A stretch of 62,087 bases of DNA, counting the filler. It is 4 parts of 4 records of this genome, joined end to end, with 100 filler letters (N's around TTAATTAATTAA, not from the genome) between each part and the next. Parts side by side here need not be neighbours in the genome. Positions count along the whole stretch, not along the records: positions 42,110 to 54,794 come from SRR31156797_4529; positions 54,895 to 62,087 come from SRR31156797_4531; 2 more parts are not named here. One strand, given 5' to 3'. Each line of letters begins with the position of its first letter. Position 1 is the stretch's first letter. Shown one piece after another: positions 48,616-58,787 of the stretch. The notes beneath the pieces are model-generated. The model was given only the letters and a program-made list of their open reading frames with translations, searched no databases and was not told the origin of the DNA. Position numbers and translations under genes: made by a program.

Positions 48616-49668
48616 CTATACCCGATCCTTAAGCAGCTTGTGCGCCGAATAAAGAAGCTCAGAAGTAGTTTCAAATGAGATGCAGGCATCCGTAACGGAT
48701 ATGCCGTAGGCAAGCATGCTTAGGTCTTCAGGAATAGCCTGTTTCCCTTCGTGTATATTACTTTCCAGCATAAAGCCGACGATGGAATCCCTTCCCCGCC
48801 GCCTCTGATCCAGAATAGAATTCATAACCCGTTCCTGACGGTAGTACTTCTTCCCCGAGTTCTCATGACTGCAGTCAATGAGCACCACGGGATTCAGTCC
48901 CTCCTTCATGAGAACCTCTTCGGTATCCTCAATAATCTCTTCGTAGTAATTGGGGCCGTGCTTTCCTCCCCGGAGTATGGGGTGGCCCGTCTTGTTGCCC
49001 ATGGTATTGAGAACGCAGGTCTGTCCCTGCTTGTCGATCCCTATGAAGCTGTGGGGATGCATGGCCGAGCGGATCCCGTTGATGGCCACGTCCATGCTGC
49101 CGTCGGTGCCGTTCTTGAAGCCCACCGGCATGGACAGGCCGCTGGTCAGCTCCCTGTGGGTCTGGGATTCGGTGGTCCTGGCCCCGATGGCCGCCCAGGA
49201 AACAAGATCGGATATGTACTGGGGAACGATGGGATCCAGGATCTCCGAACCGCAGGGCAGCCCCATGGTATTGATATCGAGGAGAAGCTTGCGAGCCTTT
49301 CTGAGGCCCTCTTCCAGCCTGTAGCTCCCGTCCATAAGGGGGTCCAGGATCAGCCCCCTCCAGCCCAGAGCCGTACGGGGCTTCTCAAAATAAACCCTCA
49401 TGATAATGCACAGGGTGTCTTTGTAGCGTTTGCGAAGTTCCAGAAGCCGGCTGGCATAATCCATGGCGGCTTCGGTGTCGTTGATGGAACAGGGGCCGAC
49501 GATAGCCAGCATCCTCTTATCCTTCTTCTCCAGGATATCCTTTACCTCTTTCCGGTATCCGATGATCTTGGCCTTCAGGGAATCGTCTACGGGATACTCA
49601 TCCTTCAGTACTTCGGGTGCGACAAGGGGGTCTATAGAAGAGATATTAGCATCGTTGAGCTTTTCCAT
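48616..49668 (-). CDS. DAHP synthase, class I-alpha (AroF/G/H type)
   Basis: GPCSI, RVYFEKPRT, AIGARTTESQ, GFKNGTDG, DCSH.NS, SVTDAC. Confidence 0.95.
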   Translation of the reverse strand: MEKLNDANISSIDPLVAPEVLKDEYPVDDSLKAKIIGYRKEVKDILEKKDKRMLAIVGPCSINDTEAAMDYASRLLELRKRYKDTLCIIMRVYFEKPRTALGWRGLILDPLMDGSYRLEEGLRKARKLLLDINTMGLPCGSEILDPIVPQYISDLVSWAAIGARTTESQTHRELTSGLSMPVGFKNGTDGSMDVAINGIRSAMHPHSFIGIDKQGQTCVLNTMGNKTGHPILRGGKHGPNYYEEIIEDTEEVLMKEGLNPVVLIDCSHENSGKKYYRQERVMNSILDQRRRGRDSIVGFMLESNIHEGKQAIPEDLSMLAYGISVTDACISFETTSELLYSAHKLLKDRV

Positions 49669-49796
49669 TCGGTCTCCTGGACTAAGGGCTTTCTGTTTCT
49701 AAATGATAAAGCCTGAAATTTTGCCATAGGTGGTGGCAGTAAAAATAAAAATGATCTAAATTATCGAAAAGTGCAAGACATCAAAGGGGGATTCAA

Positions 49797-51086
49797 TTGA
49801 ATCGCTTCTTAATCCTTATAGTTTTAACAGTGTTTTTACTCCTTTCCTGCCGTTCCACGCCTCAGCCTGAGGAGATTGGCCAGACCGAAACAGAGACGGC
49901 CTCGAGCGAAGAGGAGATCCGGACCGCCGAATCGGAGGCCCTTACGGAGGAGAGGGAATCGCGGATCGACGCCCTTATAAATGAAATGAGCGACGAGGAG
50001 AAGGTGGGACAGCTTTTCATCCTCGCCGTCAGGCATACGGCCTATGGCAAACCCGCCCTGAGGATGGACGACTACCTCAGTTCCTTTATGGAACGCTACA
50101 GGCCCGGTGGCATCATCCTCTTCTCCATCAACTACGAATCCCCCGAGCAGACGAAGGCTCTCATATCCTCCCTGCAGGAACAGAGCGAACTGCCTCTGTT
50201 CATCTGCACCGACGAAGAGGGGGGAAAGGTCAGCCGGCTCGGCAGGAAAGAGGCCATGGAGGTATACCCCCTGCCGCCGGCCCGGACCATCGGCTCCCTG
50301 AACGATCCGGCCATCAGCGAGGAGGCGGCCTACACCCTCGGACTGGATCTGAAGGAGCTGGGGTTCAACGTGGATATGGCGCCCTGCGCCGATGTGAGCC
50401 GCCCGGGAGCGGGAGGCAGGGTCATAGGCGACCGCTCTTTCAGCAGCGATCCCGAAACGGCGGGCCTCATGACTGCCGCGGCGGTAAGGGGTTTCACCAG
50501 GGCCGGAATCGCTTCGGTCGTTAAACACTTCCCGGGACACGGCAATGTCTCCGGAGACAGCCACAACGGATTCGTACGCTCCCTGAGCAGCGGCGATGAG
50601 TTCCGCGGCGTCGACTTCGAACCCTTCAGAAAAGGGATTGGAGAGGGGGTTCCCTTTCTGATGATGGGCCATATCGCCGCGCCCTCTCTGACCGGCGACG
50701 ACACCCCCGCCTCCCTCTCGCCCGTGCTTCAGCAGGAGTTCGTCAGGAAGGAGCTGGGATTCGGGGGACTGATTATAACGGACGCCATGGACATGGGCGC
50801 CATAAAGAATAACTACAGCCCCGCAGAGGCGGCCGTGCTGGCTGTCAACGCCGGGATCGACATCATCCTTATGCCGGAGAATCCCCGGCTTGCCATGGAT
50901 GCGGTCCTGACGGCCCTGAAGGAGGGACGCATCAGCCGCGACAGACTGGATGCTTCGCTCAGACGCATTCTGAACCTGAAAATGAAGAATCTCATCCTTC
51001 CGGATCCCGAAGATGAGGTAAAAAACTCAGTTGCTACAGATAAGATTACCAGGCATAGGATGCTAAACAACTTGCTATTAAACTAA
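49797..51086 (+). CDS. nagZ: GH3 beta-N-acetylhexosaminidase, predicted lipoprotein
   Basis: LLSC lipobox, DEEGG.V.R, KHFPGHG....DSH, ITDAMDM. Confidence 0.85.
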   Translation: MNRFLILIVLTVFLLLSCRSTPQPEEIGQTETETASSEEEIRTAESEALTEERESRIDALINEMSDEEKVGQLFILAVRHTAYGKPALRMDDYLSSFMERYRPGGIILFSINYESPEQTKALISSLQEQSELPLFICTDEEGGKVSRLGRKEAMEVYPLPPARTIGSLNDPAISEEAAYTLGLDLKELGFNVDMAPCADVSRPGAGGRVIGDRSFSSDPETAGLMTAAAVRGFTRAGIASVVKHFPGHGNVSGDSHNGFVRSLSSGDEFRGVDFEPFRKGIGEGVPFLMMGHIAAPSLTGDDTPASLSPVLQQEFVRKELGFGGLIITDAMDMGAIKNNYSPAEAAVLAVNAGIDIILMPENPRLAMDAVLTALKEGRISRDRLDASLRRILNLKMKNLILPDPEDEVKNSVATDKITRHRMLNNLLLN

Positions 51087-51168
51087 ATAAAATGCAAAAC
51101 CAAGATTTATCTAGCATTTTTATCACAATATAAACAGTTTCTAAGGCAAATTCACTATTACTCTCATA

Positions 51169-51197
51169 TTGACCTCTCAAATAATATAAATTATTAT
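51169..51197 (+). promoter_or_regulatory. Putative sigma70 promoter of ilvBN
   Basis: TTGACC-17 bp-TATTAT in an AT-rich intergenic region. Confidence 0.6.
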
Positions 51198-51224
51198 TAA
51201 AAAACTTTAATAACAGGAGGCAAC

Positions 51225-52943
51225 ATGAACAAAAAACAGTGTACTGCCGCCGCCAAGTTAATCGATATATTGAAAAACCAGGGAGTGGAGTGTATCTTCG
51301 GCCTTCCCGGAGGCAACGCCATCCCTATCTACGATGCATTGGCACAAACGGATATGAAGCTGGTGCTTACCAGACATGAGCAGGGAGCCACCCATATGGC
51401 CGACGGCTACGCCAGGGCGACCGGAAAGCCCGGAGTCGTCGTCGTAACCTCCGGGCCCGGAGCGACCAACACCCTGACGGGCGTTATGACCGCCATGATG
51501 GATTCGGTTCCCATGGTCGTCTTCTGCGGGCAGCAGCTGACGGGCAATCTCGGGCTGGACACCTTTCAGGAGGCCGATGTATCGGGAATGTCCTTCCCCA
51601 TCGTCAAACACTCCTTTCTTGTCAAGGACCCCGAAGAGCTCCCCTCCATTGTGAACCAGGCCTTCCACATTGCCAGCACCGGCCGTCCCGGTCCCGTAAT
51701 CGTGGACCTTCCCAAGGATGTGACCTCCGCCATGATCGACCAGGACACCCCCGGCGAGATCAACCTCCCCGGTTACCAGATCGTCAAAGAGGGGAACCAG
51801 GACGATATAAAGGAAGCGGCCAGGATGATCTCCGCTGCGGAGAGGCCCATCTTGATGGTGGGACACGGCGCCGTTATCTCCGGAGCCTCACGCGAGATCT
51901 CCGCCATAGTCGAGAAGATGCAGATCCCCGTTGTGAACACCCTTATGGGTAAAGGATGTTTTCCCGAAAGCCATGATCTGAACCTGGGCATGCCCGGTAT
52001 GCACGGCACGGCCTATGCCAACATGGCCCTCTGCGAGTGCGATCTGATCGTCGCCATCGGGGCCCGCTGGGACGACCGCATCGCCGGCTCTCCCTCCGAC
52101 TTCCTCCCCAACGCCAAAAAGATCCATATAGACATCGATCCCGTGGAGATCAACAAGACCGTCAAGGTGGACTGCTCTGTGGTGGGAGACGCCCGCAGCG
52201 TCCTGGACTCTCTCTACGGATACCTGGACAAGGGAAACACCCAGCGCTGGATCAAGCTGATCCGCCGCTTGAAACGGGAGTATCCCCTGAAGTACAAGAA
52301 GGAAGGCAAGCTCAGAGCCCAGCACGTGATCGAAGAGATGTACAATCTCACCAGCGGCGACGCCGTGGTGACCACGGACGTGGGGCAGCACCAGATGTGG
52401 GCCGCCCAGTTCTTCAGGACCGAGAAGTCCAGACACTGGATATCCTCGGGCGGAGCCGGTACCATGGGATTCGGATTCCCCGCCGCCATCGGCGCCCAGC
52501 TGGCGGCTCCCGACAAGACCGTCGTGGCCGTCGTAGGGGACGGAGGATTCCAGATGACCCTTCCCGAACTCTCCACAGCGGTAAACGAGAAGCTTCCCAT
52601 CAAGATCCTTCTGATCAACAACAACTACCTGGGCATGGTCCGTCAGTGGCAGCACATGTTCTACGACAACCGCCTCTCGGGCGTCGACCTGGTGGGCAAT
52701 CCCGACTTCGTCAAGCTGGCCGCCGCCTACGGCTGCAAGGGCTTCCGCGTCAAACGGAGCGCCGACGTCCGCAAGGTCCTCAGCGCCGCGTTGGAATACA
52801 GCGACGGCCCCTGCATCATCGATGCTGAAGTGGAAAAGGAAGACAACGTCTTCCCCATGGTCCCCTCGGGAGCCAGCCTGGACAAGATGCTTCTGTCCAT
52901 GCCCCGCAATAAGAAACTGGACAAACCCACAGGAGGCACCTGA
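51225..52943 (+). CDS. ilvB: Acetolactate synthase large subunit
   Basis: RHEQGA.HMADGYAR, TSGPGATN, DVGQHQMW, GDGGFQM, LGMVRQWQ. Confidence 0.96.
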   Translation: MNKKQCTAAAKLIDILKNQGVECIFGLPGGNAIPIYDALAQTDMKLVLTRHEQGATHMADGYARATGKPGVVVVTSGPGATNTLTGVMTAMMDSVPMVVFCGQQLTGNLGLDTFQEADVSGMSFPIVKHSFLVKDPEELPSIVNQAFHIASTGRPGPVIVDLPKDVTSAMIDQDTPGEINLPGYQIVKEGNQDDIKEAARMISAAERPILMVGHGAVISGASREISAIVEKMQIPVVNTLMGKGCFPESHDLNLGMPGMHGTAYANMALCECDLIVAIGARWDDRIAGSPSDFLPNAKKIHIDIDPVEINKTVKVDCSVVGDARSVLDSLYGYLDKGNTQRWIKLIRRLKREYPLKYKKEGKLRAQHVIEEMYNLTSGDAVVTTDVGQHQMWAAQFFRTEKSRHWISSGGAGTMGFGFPAAIGAQLAAPDKTVVAVVGDGGFQMTLPELSTAVNEKLPIKILLINNNYLGMVRQWQHMFYDNRLSGVDLVGNPDFVKLAAAYGCKGFRVKRSADVRKVLSAALEYSDGPCIIDAEVEKEDNVFPMVPSGASLDKMLLSMPRNKKLDKPTGGT

Positions 52944-53449
52944 TGAATGAATCCCAGAACAAACACAACATAAGCTGTTACGTAGAGAACAAGCCCGGCG
53001 TCACCATCAGGATCGCCCTGGTGTTCGCCCGGCGGGGCTATAACATCGAGAGCTTCGTCGGCTCCCCTGCACAGGATCCGCGCTATTCCCGGATCAATAT
53101 CGAGGCCACCGGAGACTCTGAGACCCTCCATCTGATGCTGGCCCAGCTGAACCGCCTGGTCGACGTCATCCATGCCCGCGAATACTCCGCAGACGACGTG
53201 ATCCAGAAGGAGCTGGCCCTGATCAAGGTTCGCTGCGACAATACCACGCGGACCGAGATCCTTCAGATCGCCGACGCCTTCAAGTGCCGCAATGTGGATA
53301 TCAGCGACACCACCATGACCTTCCAGGTCACCGGCAAATCCACCAAGATCGACGCGGTCCGTAAGATGTTGGACAAATTCGGCATCCTGGAAGTGGTCCG
53401 CACGGGAAAGGTGCTGATCGCCAGAGGCGAGGAAGAGACCTCCTGGTAA
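52943..53449 (+). CDS. ilvN: Acetolactate synthase small subunit
   Basis: VENKPGV..RI..FARRGYNIES, ELALIKV, EVVRTG. Confidence 0.95.
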   Translation: MNESQNKHNISCYVENKPGVTIRIALVFARRGYNIESFVGSPAQDPRYSRINIEATGDSETLHLMLAQLNRLVDVIHAREYSADDVIQKELALIKVRCDNTTRTEILQIADAFKCRNVDISDTTMTFQVTGKSTKIDAVRKMLDKFGILEVVRTGKVLIARGEEETSW

Positions 53450-53470
53450 ACGCGAAACCCTTCACTCCTG

Positions 53471-53502
53471 AAGCCGGCAGATCAGTCTGTCGGCTTTTTT
53501 TT
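53471..53502 (+). terminator. Rho-independent terminator after ilvN
   Basis: aagccggcaga-tcag-tctgtcggc-ttttttt. Confidence 0.85.
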
Positions 53503-53675
53503 AACCTTCCGGACTGGAGCGGTAAGCGGGCTTCCCGCACTGCTTCCCGCCGTCAACGGCCCTGTTTTTTTTCGCTTGATTTTTACTTGATGAAGGGACA
53601 GAATATTCCGATCTTAAGAAAGAAGGACTTCCAGGAGAAGTCGATCCGAGATGAATCCGTCCCCGGGAGGATGAT

Positions 53676-54689
53676 ATGATAAAGAAAATAATGATTGTAC
53701 TGCTCGCCCTGCTCCCCGTTTTCCTTTCTGCCCAGGAGGGGATCAAAGCGGGTTCCGTCACCCTCTACGACAGCCGCAATTCACAGCCCTTCACGGTCAA
53801 CAGCGACGGCGGCTGGGTAGACATCACCCCCGTCTACAGCGAGGCCTTCAGCCGCCTGCAGCCCGCCCTCCCCGGCACCCTGCGCAAGTGGCGCGTCAGA
53901 ACCAGCTACATCGATGAATCCCGGAGTTCCGGCCAGAGCACTCTGCAGGTTAAACTGCGCCCCTATGACTCAACGGCCGCCGTCTTCACCCTCCCCTGGA
54001 CCGAGAAGGCCTCCCGCTGGCAGGAGAAGAACAGCAACTGGTATATCCCTTACAGCGGCAACGGCATGATCCTGGAGGGCAACGGCGTCCTCTCCGTCCG
54101 CCTGATAGCCCCTCCCCGCAGCGCCTCCCCCGGAAGGATTTACAAGATCGAGCTGGAGGCCTGGGACTTCCCCGGCGAGGCGGATATCCCCGTAAGTGAA
54201 ACGCCCGAGCTGAATATGGCCTTCTCCTCTCCCACGGATTTCAGGATACCCAGCGAAAGAACCGCCTCGGGCAACCGCCGGGAGCTCAGGGAAAAGGCTG
54301 AGGCCTTCGCCCTGGCCTTCGTGGAGGCCAATATATCAGGCGACCTCCCCGCCTTCTATAAGGCCCTCTCACAGAACCTGAAGATCCTGGAAACGGGCCT
54401 GAGCAAGGACCGCTACAGAGTGGCCCCTCCCGCCGCGGACCTGAGCGCCTACAGCCTGGCCGACTACAAGAGGAACTACCGTCCCCATATCTACAGCTAC
54501 GAGGAGTATGCCGAGCTCTTTCCCCAGTGGTTTGAGGAGGGAAGACGATGGTCTCCCGATGAGAGCTGCTACCTTTTCCTGGGAACCGAGGTCCTCCCCG
54601 GCAAGAAAGACTTTATGGACGGAGAGAACCTTGTGTTTATGATCCGTTTCAACGGCGGAGACGCCAGGATCATTGCTCTTCCCGAATAG
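53676..54689 (+). CDS. Exported hypothetical protein
   Basis: Signal peptide, GGAGG RBS, 337 aa; no family recognised. Confidence 0.75.
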   Translation: MIKKIMIVLLALLPVFLSAQEGIKAGSVTLYDSRNSQPFTVNSDGGWVDITPVYSEAFSRLQPALPGTLRKWRVRTSYIDESRSSGQSTLQVKLRPYDSTAAVFTLPWTEKASRWQEKNSNWYIPYSGNGMILEGNGVLSVRLIAPPRSASPGRIYKIELEAWDFPGEADIPVSETPELNMAFSSPTDFRIPSERTASGNRRELREKAEAFALAFVEANISGDLPAFYKALSQNLKILETGLSKDRYRVAPPAADLSAYSLADYKRNYRPHIYSYEEYAELFPQWFEEGRRWSPDESCYLFLGTEVLPGKKDFMDGENLVFMIRFNGGDARIIALPE

Positions 54690-54794
54690 GCTCTGAAGGA
54701 GCCGGCCAGCCTGCCGAAGGGTCTTCGGGACCCTCAAGGCTGATCCTGGCGATCATCCCGTCCCGCAGCTCCTTGAGGAGTAGGCGGGAGGCCC
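54670..54794 (-). CDS. 3' fragment of a probable RbgA/YlqF ribosome biogenesis GTPase
   Basis: Hand translation ASRLLLKELRDGMIARISLE...EEQ* resembles the RbgA C-terminus; only 40 codons visible. Confidence 0.5.
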
Positions 54795-54894
54795 NNNNNN
54801 NNNNNNNNNNNNNNNNNNNNNNNNNNNNNNNNNNNNNNTTAATTAATTAANNNNNNNNNNNNNNNNNNNNNNNNNNNNNNNNNNNNNNNNNNNN
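54795..54894. other. Artificial contig spacer
   Basis: N-run/TTAATTAATTAA/N-run. Confidence 0.98.
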
Positions 54895-55119
54895 CGAGGA
54901 GTCTTCGACGAAGCAGTCTCGTGTGTATAGGCGAAATAGTTAAGCTTTAGCCCCAAGGCGTTTTTAGCGTCCTTACGAGGGGATTAACCTCTCGCGGCCC
55001 GCTTCGGTTTTTATTTTTGCCTGATCTTGAATCGAAGCATATCGAAAACTATTTAATATCAATATAAAAAAGAACAACCCGCGGGCGGCCGCCGGGTGTA
55101 AATCAAGGAGGAGTTACTT

Positions 55120-55911
55120 ATGGACTGGGGAATGAAGAACAGACTAAACAGATTGGTGCAGCCCGATGGACATTGTTTCTTTTTACCGATCGATCATGGT
55201 TATTTTCAGGGCCCGACCCGCAAACTTGAAAAACCGGCTGAAACAATTGCTCCATTAGTACCCTATGCCGACGGCCTGTTCGTAACCAGGGGCGTTCTTC
55301 GCGCCGTAGTCGATCCACAGAATTGCCCTCCGGTAATTCTTCGCGTATCCGGCGGCAGCAGCGTCATCAGTCCGGATCTGGCTCATGAAAGCCTGACCAC
55401 CTCGATAGAAGAGTGCCTGCGCCTTAACGTGGCCGCCGTGGGCATGAGCGTATTTGTCGGCAGCGACTACGAATACGATTCCCTGGTCAATCTCAGCAAG
55501 CTGGTGGACGACTGCCAGAAATACGGCATCCCGGTTATGGCCGTCACCGCCGTGGGCAAGGAACTTGAAAAAAGGACCGCGCGCTACCTATCCTTGTGCT
55601 GTCGGATTGCAGCCGAATTCGGCGCCACCATAGTCAAGACATATTGGTGTGAAGAATTCGACAAGGTCGTGGAAGGATGCCCGGTTCCCGTGGTCATGGC
55701 CGGCGGCCCCAAGGTTGAAACCGAAAAAGAAGCATTCGAATTTGTCCATGATGGAATGCAGAGGGGCGCAATTGGCCTGAACCTCGGCCGTAACGTATGG
55801 CAGCACGAGCATCCGGTGGCCATGATGAAAGCCTTGAGGTCCATAGTTCATGAAAACGCCTCGGTCAATGAAGCCTTGGAGTTATTCGAAGACACCAAAA
55901 ACGCGGGATGA
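55120..55911 (+). CDS. lsrF: LsrF-like class I aldolase/thiolase
   Basis: MDWGMKNRL, DHGYFQGP, IVKTY, MAGGPK, GRNVWQ. Confidence 0.88.
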   Translation: MDWGMKNRLNRLVQPDGHCFFLPIDHGYFQGPTRKLEKPAETIAPLVPYADGLFVTRGVLRAVVDPQNCPPVILRVSGGSSVISPDLAHESLTTSIEECLRLNVAAVGMSVFVGSDYEYDSLVNLSKLVDDCQKYGIPVMAVTAVGKELEKRTARYLSLCCRIAAEFGATIVKTYWCEEFDKVVEGCPVPVVMAGGPKVETEKEAFEFVHDGMQRGAIGLNLGRNVWQHEHPVAMMKALRSIVHENASVNEALELFEDTKNAG

Positions 55912-55917
55912 CCGAAA

Positions 55918-58008
55918 GTGAATAACCTGTTTGACGATGCCGGGGCCGCCGAATTAGCCGCGCGGCTTACCGGCGTACACCGGGATTTGGCCGACCGGGT
56001 CTATACAACCCGCCTGCTTGGCGGGCAAAGCGACCTGGTTCTGCACGGCGGTGGAAACACCTCCGTTAAAATAATGGAAAAAGACATATTCGGCCGTGAA
56101 AGAGACGTTCTCTACGTCAAAGGGTCCGGCCGGAACATGGGCTCAATCAATCCTGAAGATTTTGTCGGACTGGAGCTTGAACCCCTGAGAAAACTCTTTT
56201 CTTTGAATGCCGTTTCCGACCGGGATATGGAAGACCAACTCCATGTCAACAAGGTCCGGCCTCACCCGGCTGTCCCGTCAATCGAAACATTAATTCATGC
56301 ATTTCTGCCCTATAAATTTGTCGACCATACCCACGCCGACAGCATCCTGGTTCTTACAAACCAACCAGACGGCCCCGACTTGATAAAAGAAGTCCTGGGT
56401 CCGGGCGCGGTTGTTCTGCCTTATCTTCGGCCGGGATACCCCCTGGCTGTGGGACTGGCCGATATTTATGAAAAAAATCCTGAAGCGGAAGCGATTGTCG
56501 TCTTGGGGCACGGGATTTTTACATACGGAAACGATGCTGAAACCGCTTATGCAAAAATGATCGATTACGTCAACAGGGCTGAGGAATATCTCGCTGATAA
56601 AGATTTAAAAATAATAGATGATGCTCCCGGTCCGGTTGATGAGGCCCAATTGGCCCGCCTTGCCCAGGTCGTGCGGGGTGTTTGCGCGGTCAGGAGCGAT
56701 GACGGACCGGTTGAGCGCATGCATGTGCAATTCCGATCAGGCCGGGATGTTCTGGCTGCGTCACTGGCCCCTGAAGCAGAAAATATTTGTAGTACCGGCG
56801 TATTAACGCCTGATCATGTTATCCGGACAAAAAACCGCTGGGTATACATCAATGAACTGCCGGAGGAAGACGAGGCCTTAAAAACCCTGGTCAGTAAAGC
56901 AGTTGCCGATTATTCACGGGAATATGATGAATATTATCGGCGTCATGCAGGCTCCCTGGAAGTTGAAGGTCAAAAGCTGGATTCATTGCCGCGAGTTTTT
57001 CTGGTCCGGGGGCTCGGCCTGGTCTGCCTCGGCCGGACCAGAAAAGAAGCCGGCATGGCAGCGGATATTGCCGAGCATACCCTGTCGGCCAAGGTAAGGG
57101 CCCTGGCCATTGGCGGCTACGCACCCATCACGGAAGACCATGTTTTCGAGATGGAATATTGGGGCCTTCAGCAGAGCAAGTTGGGTGTTTCCGGTTCCCT
57201 GCCCCTTCAAGGCCAGGTTGCACTGGTCACTGGAGGAGGCGGGGCCATCGGACTGGGGGTGGCGGATTGCCTCTTAAGAGCCGGCGCGGCCGTCGTTACA
57301 ACGGATATTGACCTTAAACGGCTGGAACAGGTCAGGGAAATTCTCTCCTCAAAATACAGTCCGGACCGAGTCGGCGTAATTAGTTTTGACGTGACCGATT
57401 ACAAGGCCGTTGTTGAGGCTTACAATAAAATAAGCTGTGAATTCGGTGGATTGGATATAATAGTGCCCAATGCCGGAATCGCGCACGTGGCCTCGATTGA
57501 AGACCTGGAACCCGAAAAGCTGGACCAGGTACTGTCCGTGAATCTAAAAGGGACGTTTAACGTTATAAAGGCCTCGGTTCCCGTATTCAAAAGACAGGGC
57601 ACAGGCGGGAATATCGTTATCATCAGCTCTAAAAACGTGTACGATCCAGGCGCCTCATTCGGAGCATACAGCGCCTCAAAGGCGGGCGCCCATCAACTGG
57701 GAAAAATCGCGGCCCTGGAACTGGCGGAATACGGCGTCAGGGTCAACATGATAAACCCGGATGCAGTATTCGGCTGTGGAGATGTTTCTTCAAAACTATG
57801 GGACCTGGTTGGGCCTGACCGTATGCGCAGCCGGGGCCTGGACCCGGAATGCATACAGGATTTTTACTGTCAGAGGAATTTACTAAAAGCCCGTGTATCT
57901 GCCGAACATGTGGGCAATGCCGTGGTCTTTTTCGCCGGGGACCAAACCCCGACTACCGGCGCCACCCTGCCCGTCGATGGTGGAGTCCAGGGAGCGTTTC
58001 CCAGGTAA
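55918..58008 (+). CDS. Bifunctional class II aldolase / short-chain dehydrogenase
   Basis: GGGNTSVK, PSIET..H..HTH, TPDHVIRTK; SDR part TGGGGAIG, NAG, YSASK, NPDAV. Confidence 0.92.
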   Translation: MNNLFDDAGAAELAARLTGVHRDLADRVYTTRLLGGQSDLVLHGGGNTSVKIMEKDIFGRERDVLYVKGSGRNMGSINPEDFVGLELEPLRKLFSLNAVSDRDMEDQLHVNKVRPHPAVPSIETLIHAFLPYKFVDHTHADSILVLTNQPDGPDLIKEVLGPGAVVLPYLRPGYPLAVGLADIYEKNPEAEAIVVLGHGIFTYGNDAETAYAKMIDYVNRAEEYLADKDLKIIDDAPGPVDEAQLARLAQVVRGVCAVRSDDGPVERMHVQFRSGRDVLAASLAPEAENICSTGVLTPDHVIRTKNRWVYINELPEEDEALKTLVSKAVADYSREYDEYYRRHAGSLEVEGQKLDSLPRVFLVRGLGLVCLGRTRKEAGMAADIAEHTLSAKVRALAIGGYAPITEDHVFEMEYWGLQQSKLGVSGSLPLQGQVALVTGGGGAIGLGVADCLLRAGAAVVTTDIDLKRLEQVREILSSKYSPDRVGVISFDVTDYKAVVEAYNKISCEFGGLDIIVPNAGIAHVASIEDLEPEKLDQVLSVNLKGTFNVIKASVPVFKRQGTGGNIVIISSKNVYDPGASFGAYSASKAGAHQLGKIAALELAEYGVRVNMINPDAVFGCGDVSSKLWDLVGPDRMRSRGLDPECIQDFYCQRNLLKARVSAEHVGNAVVFFAGDQTPTTGATLPVDGGVQGAFPR

Positions 58009-58025
58009 TTGAAAGGAAGGCCTGT

Positions 58026-58400
58026 TTGAAATTAAAACATATCGCCCTGACGTCGCCGTCTGAAGCTGAAAGCGATCGCTTTTTCATGGAATTATTGGGC
58101 CTTGAAAAAATCAAGAACAAAACGGTTTCCAAGGATCTTTCCAATGGACTTTTCAACCTGGAAAGAGAATTCCAGGTCATTGATTACGGAAATGAAGATG
58201 TCAGTTTCGAGGTTTTTATAGATAAATCCTTATCCGCCCCTGAACTTGCGGTGGGTCATATCTGTCTTGAGACGGGCGACAGGGATGAATTTCTGTCCCG
58301 AGCGGAAAAAATGGGCTACCAGGTGCGGCGGATGGCCAAAGGTGAAAAAGTCGTTGTTTTTGTCAAGGATTCAAGTAACAATCTCTTTGAAATAACGTAA
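58026..58400 (+). CDS. VOC/glyoxalase-family protein
   Basis: TTG start with AGGAAGG RBS; KHIAL, FEVF, HICL, FVKD..NLFEI. Confidence 0.82.
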   Translation: MKLKHIALTSPSEAESDRFFMELLGLEKIKNKTVSKDLSNGLFNLEREFQVIDYGNEDVSFEVFIDKSLSAPELAVGHICLETGDRDEFLSRAEKMGYQVRRMAKGEKVVVFVKDSSNNLFEIT

Positions 58401-58428
58401 ATAAGATTAAAAACCTGCCCTTTTCCTT

Positions 58429-58468
58429 GCCCCCTTCTAAGACTTTGTCTTAGAGGATGGGGCTTTTT
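58429..58468 (+). terminator. Rho-independent terminator
   Basis: gccccttctaagac-ttt-gtcttagaggatggggc-ttttt. Confidence 0.7.
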
Positions 58469-58698
58469 CCGATATCAAATTCCTACCTTTGCCCTCATGA
58501 ATATCATATTGAGGCCGATTTACTTTCGACTCCGATTTTTTTACCCTTAAGATGACATGATCTGTTTATTTAATGAAAGGCCGGTTAAACGAGCGTGAAG
58601 CCGGCGAAGATTTCAGGCCTGAAACTTGTGGGCATGCGTATTGATATTTAGACGCAGTGGCTTAGGCCTTCTATACAAAATTTTGTTTAGAAATAAGG

Positions 58699-58727
58699 TT
58701 GACGATACACCCAGGGGGACATAACTT
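58699..58727 (+). promoter_or_regulatory. Putative sigma70 promoter
   Basis: TTGACG-17 bp-TAACTT upstream of the sigma factor gene. Confidence 0.4.
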
Positions 58728-58787
58728 ATGTAGAAATGTCGAATTAATGGCCGCATAACTTCGGCCGCTTGGAGAAAAGAGGCAATT

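Noticed and set aside
51087-51224. Attenuator or T-box upstream of ilvB
   Set aside because: The predicted promoter leaves too short a leader, and no leader peptide or terminator is present.
46761-52828. Overlapping ORFs such as 46761-47765, 48751-49716 and 52037-52828
   Set aside because: Expected in high-GC DNA; they overlap clear genes and have unprotein-like composition.
30413-54894. Three N-flanked TTAATTAATTAA motifs as a biological repeat, and gene linkage across them
   Set aside because: These are artificial 100-bp linkers. Genes are cut at them and composition changes across them.
58560-58680. c-di-GMP riboswitch upstream of the sigma gene
   Set aside because: No GGCAAA/GNRA/GACGCAAAGC arrangement, only a partial word match.
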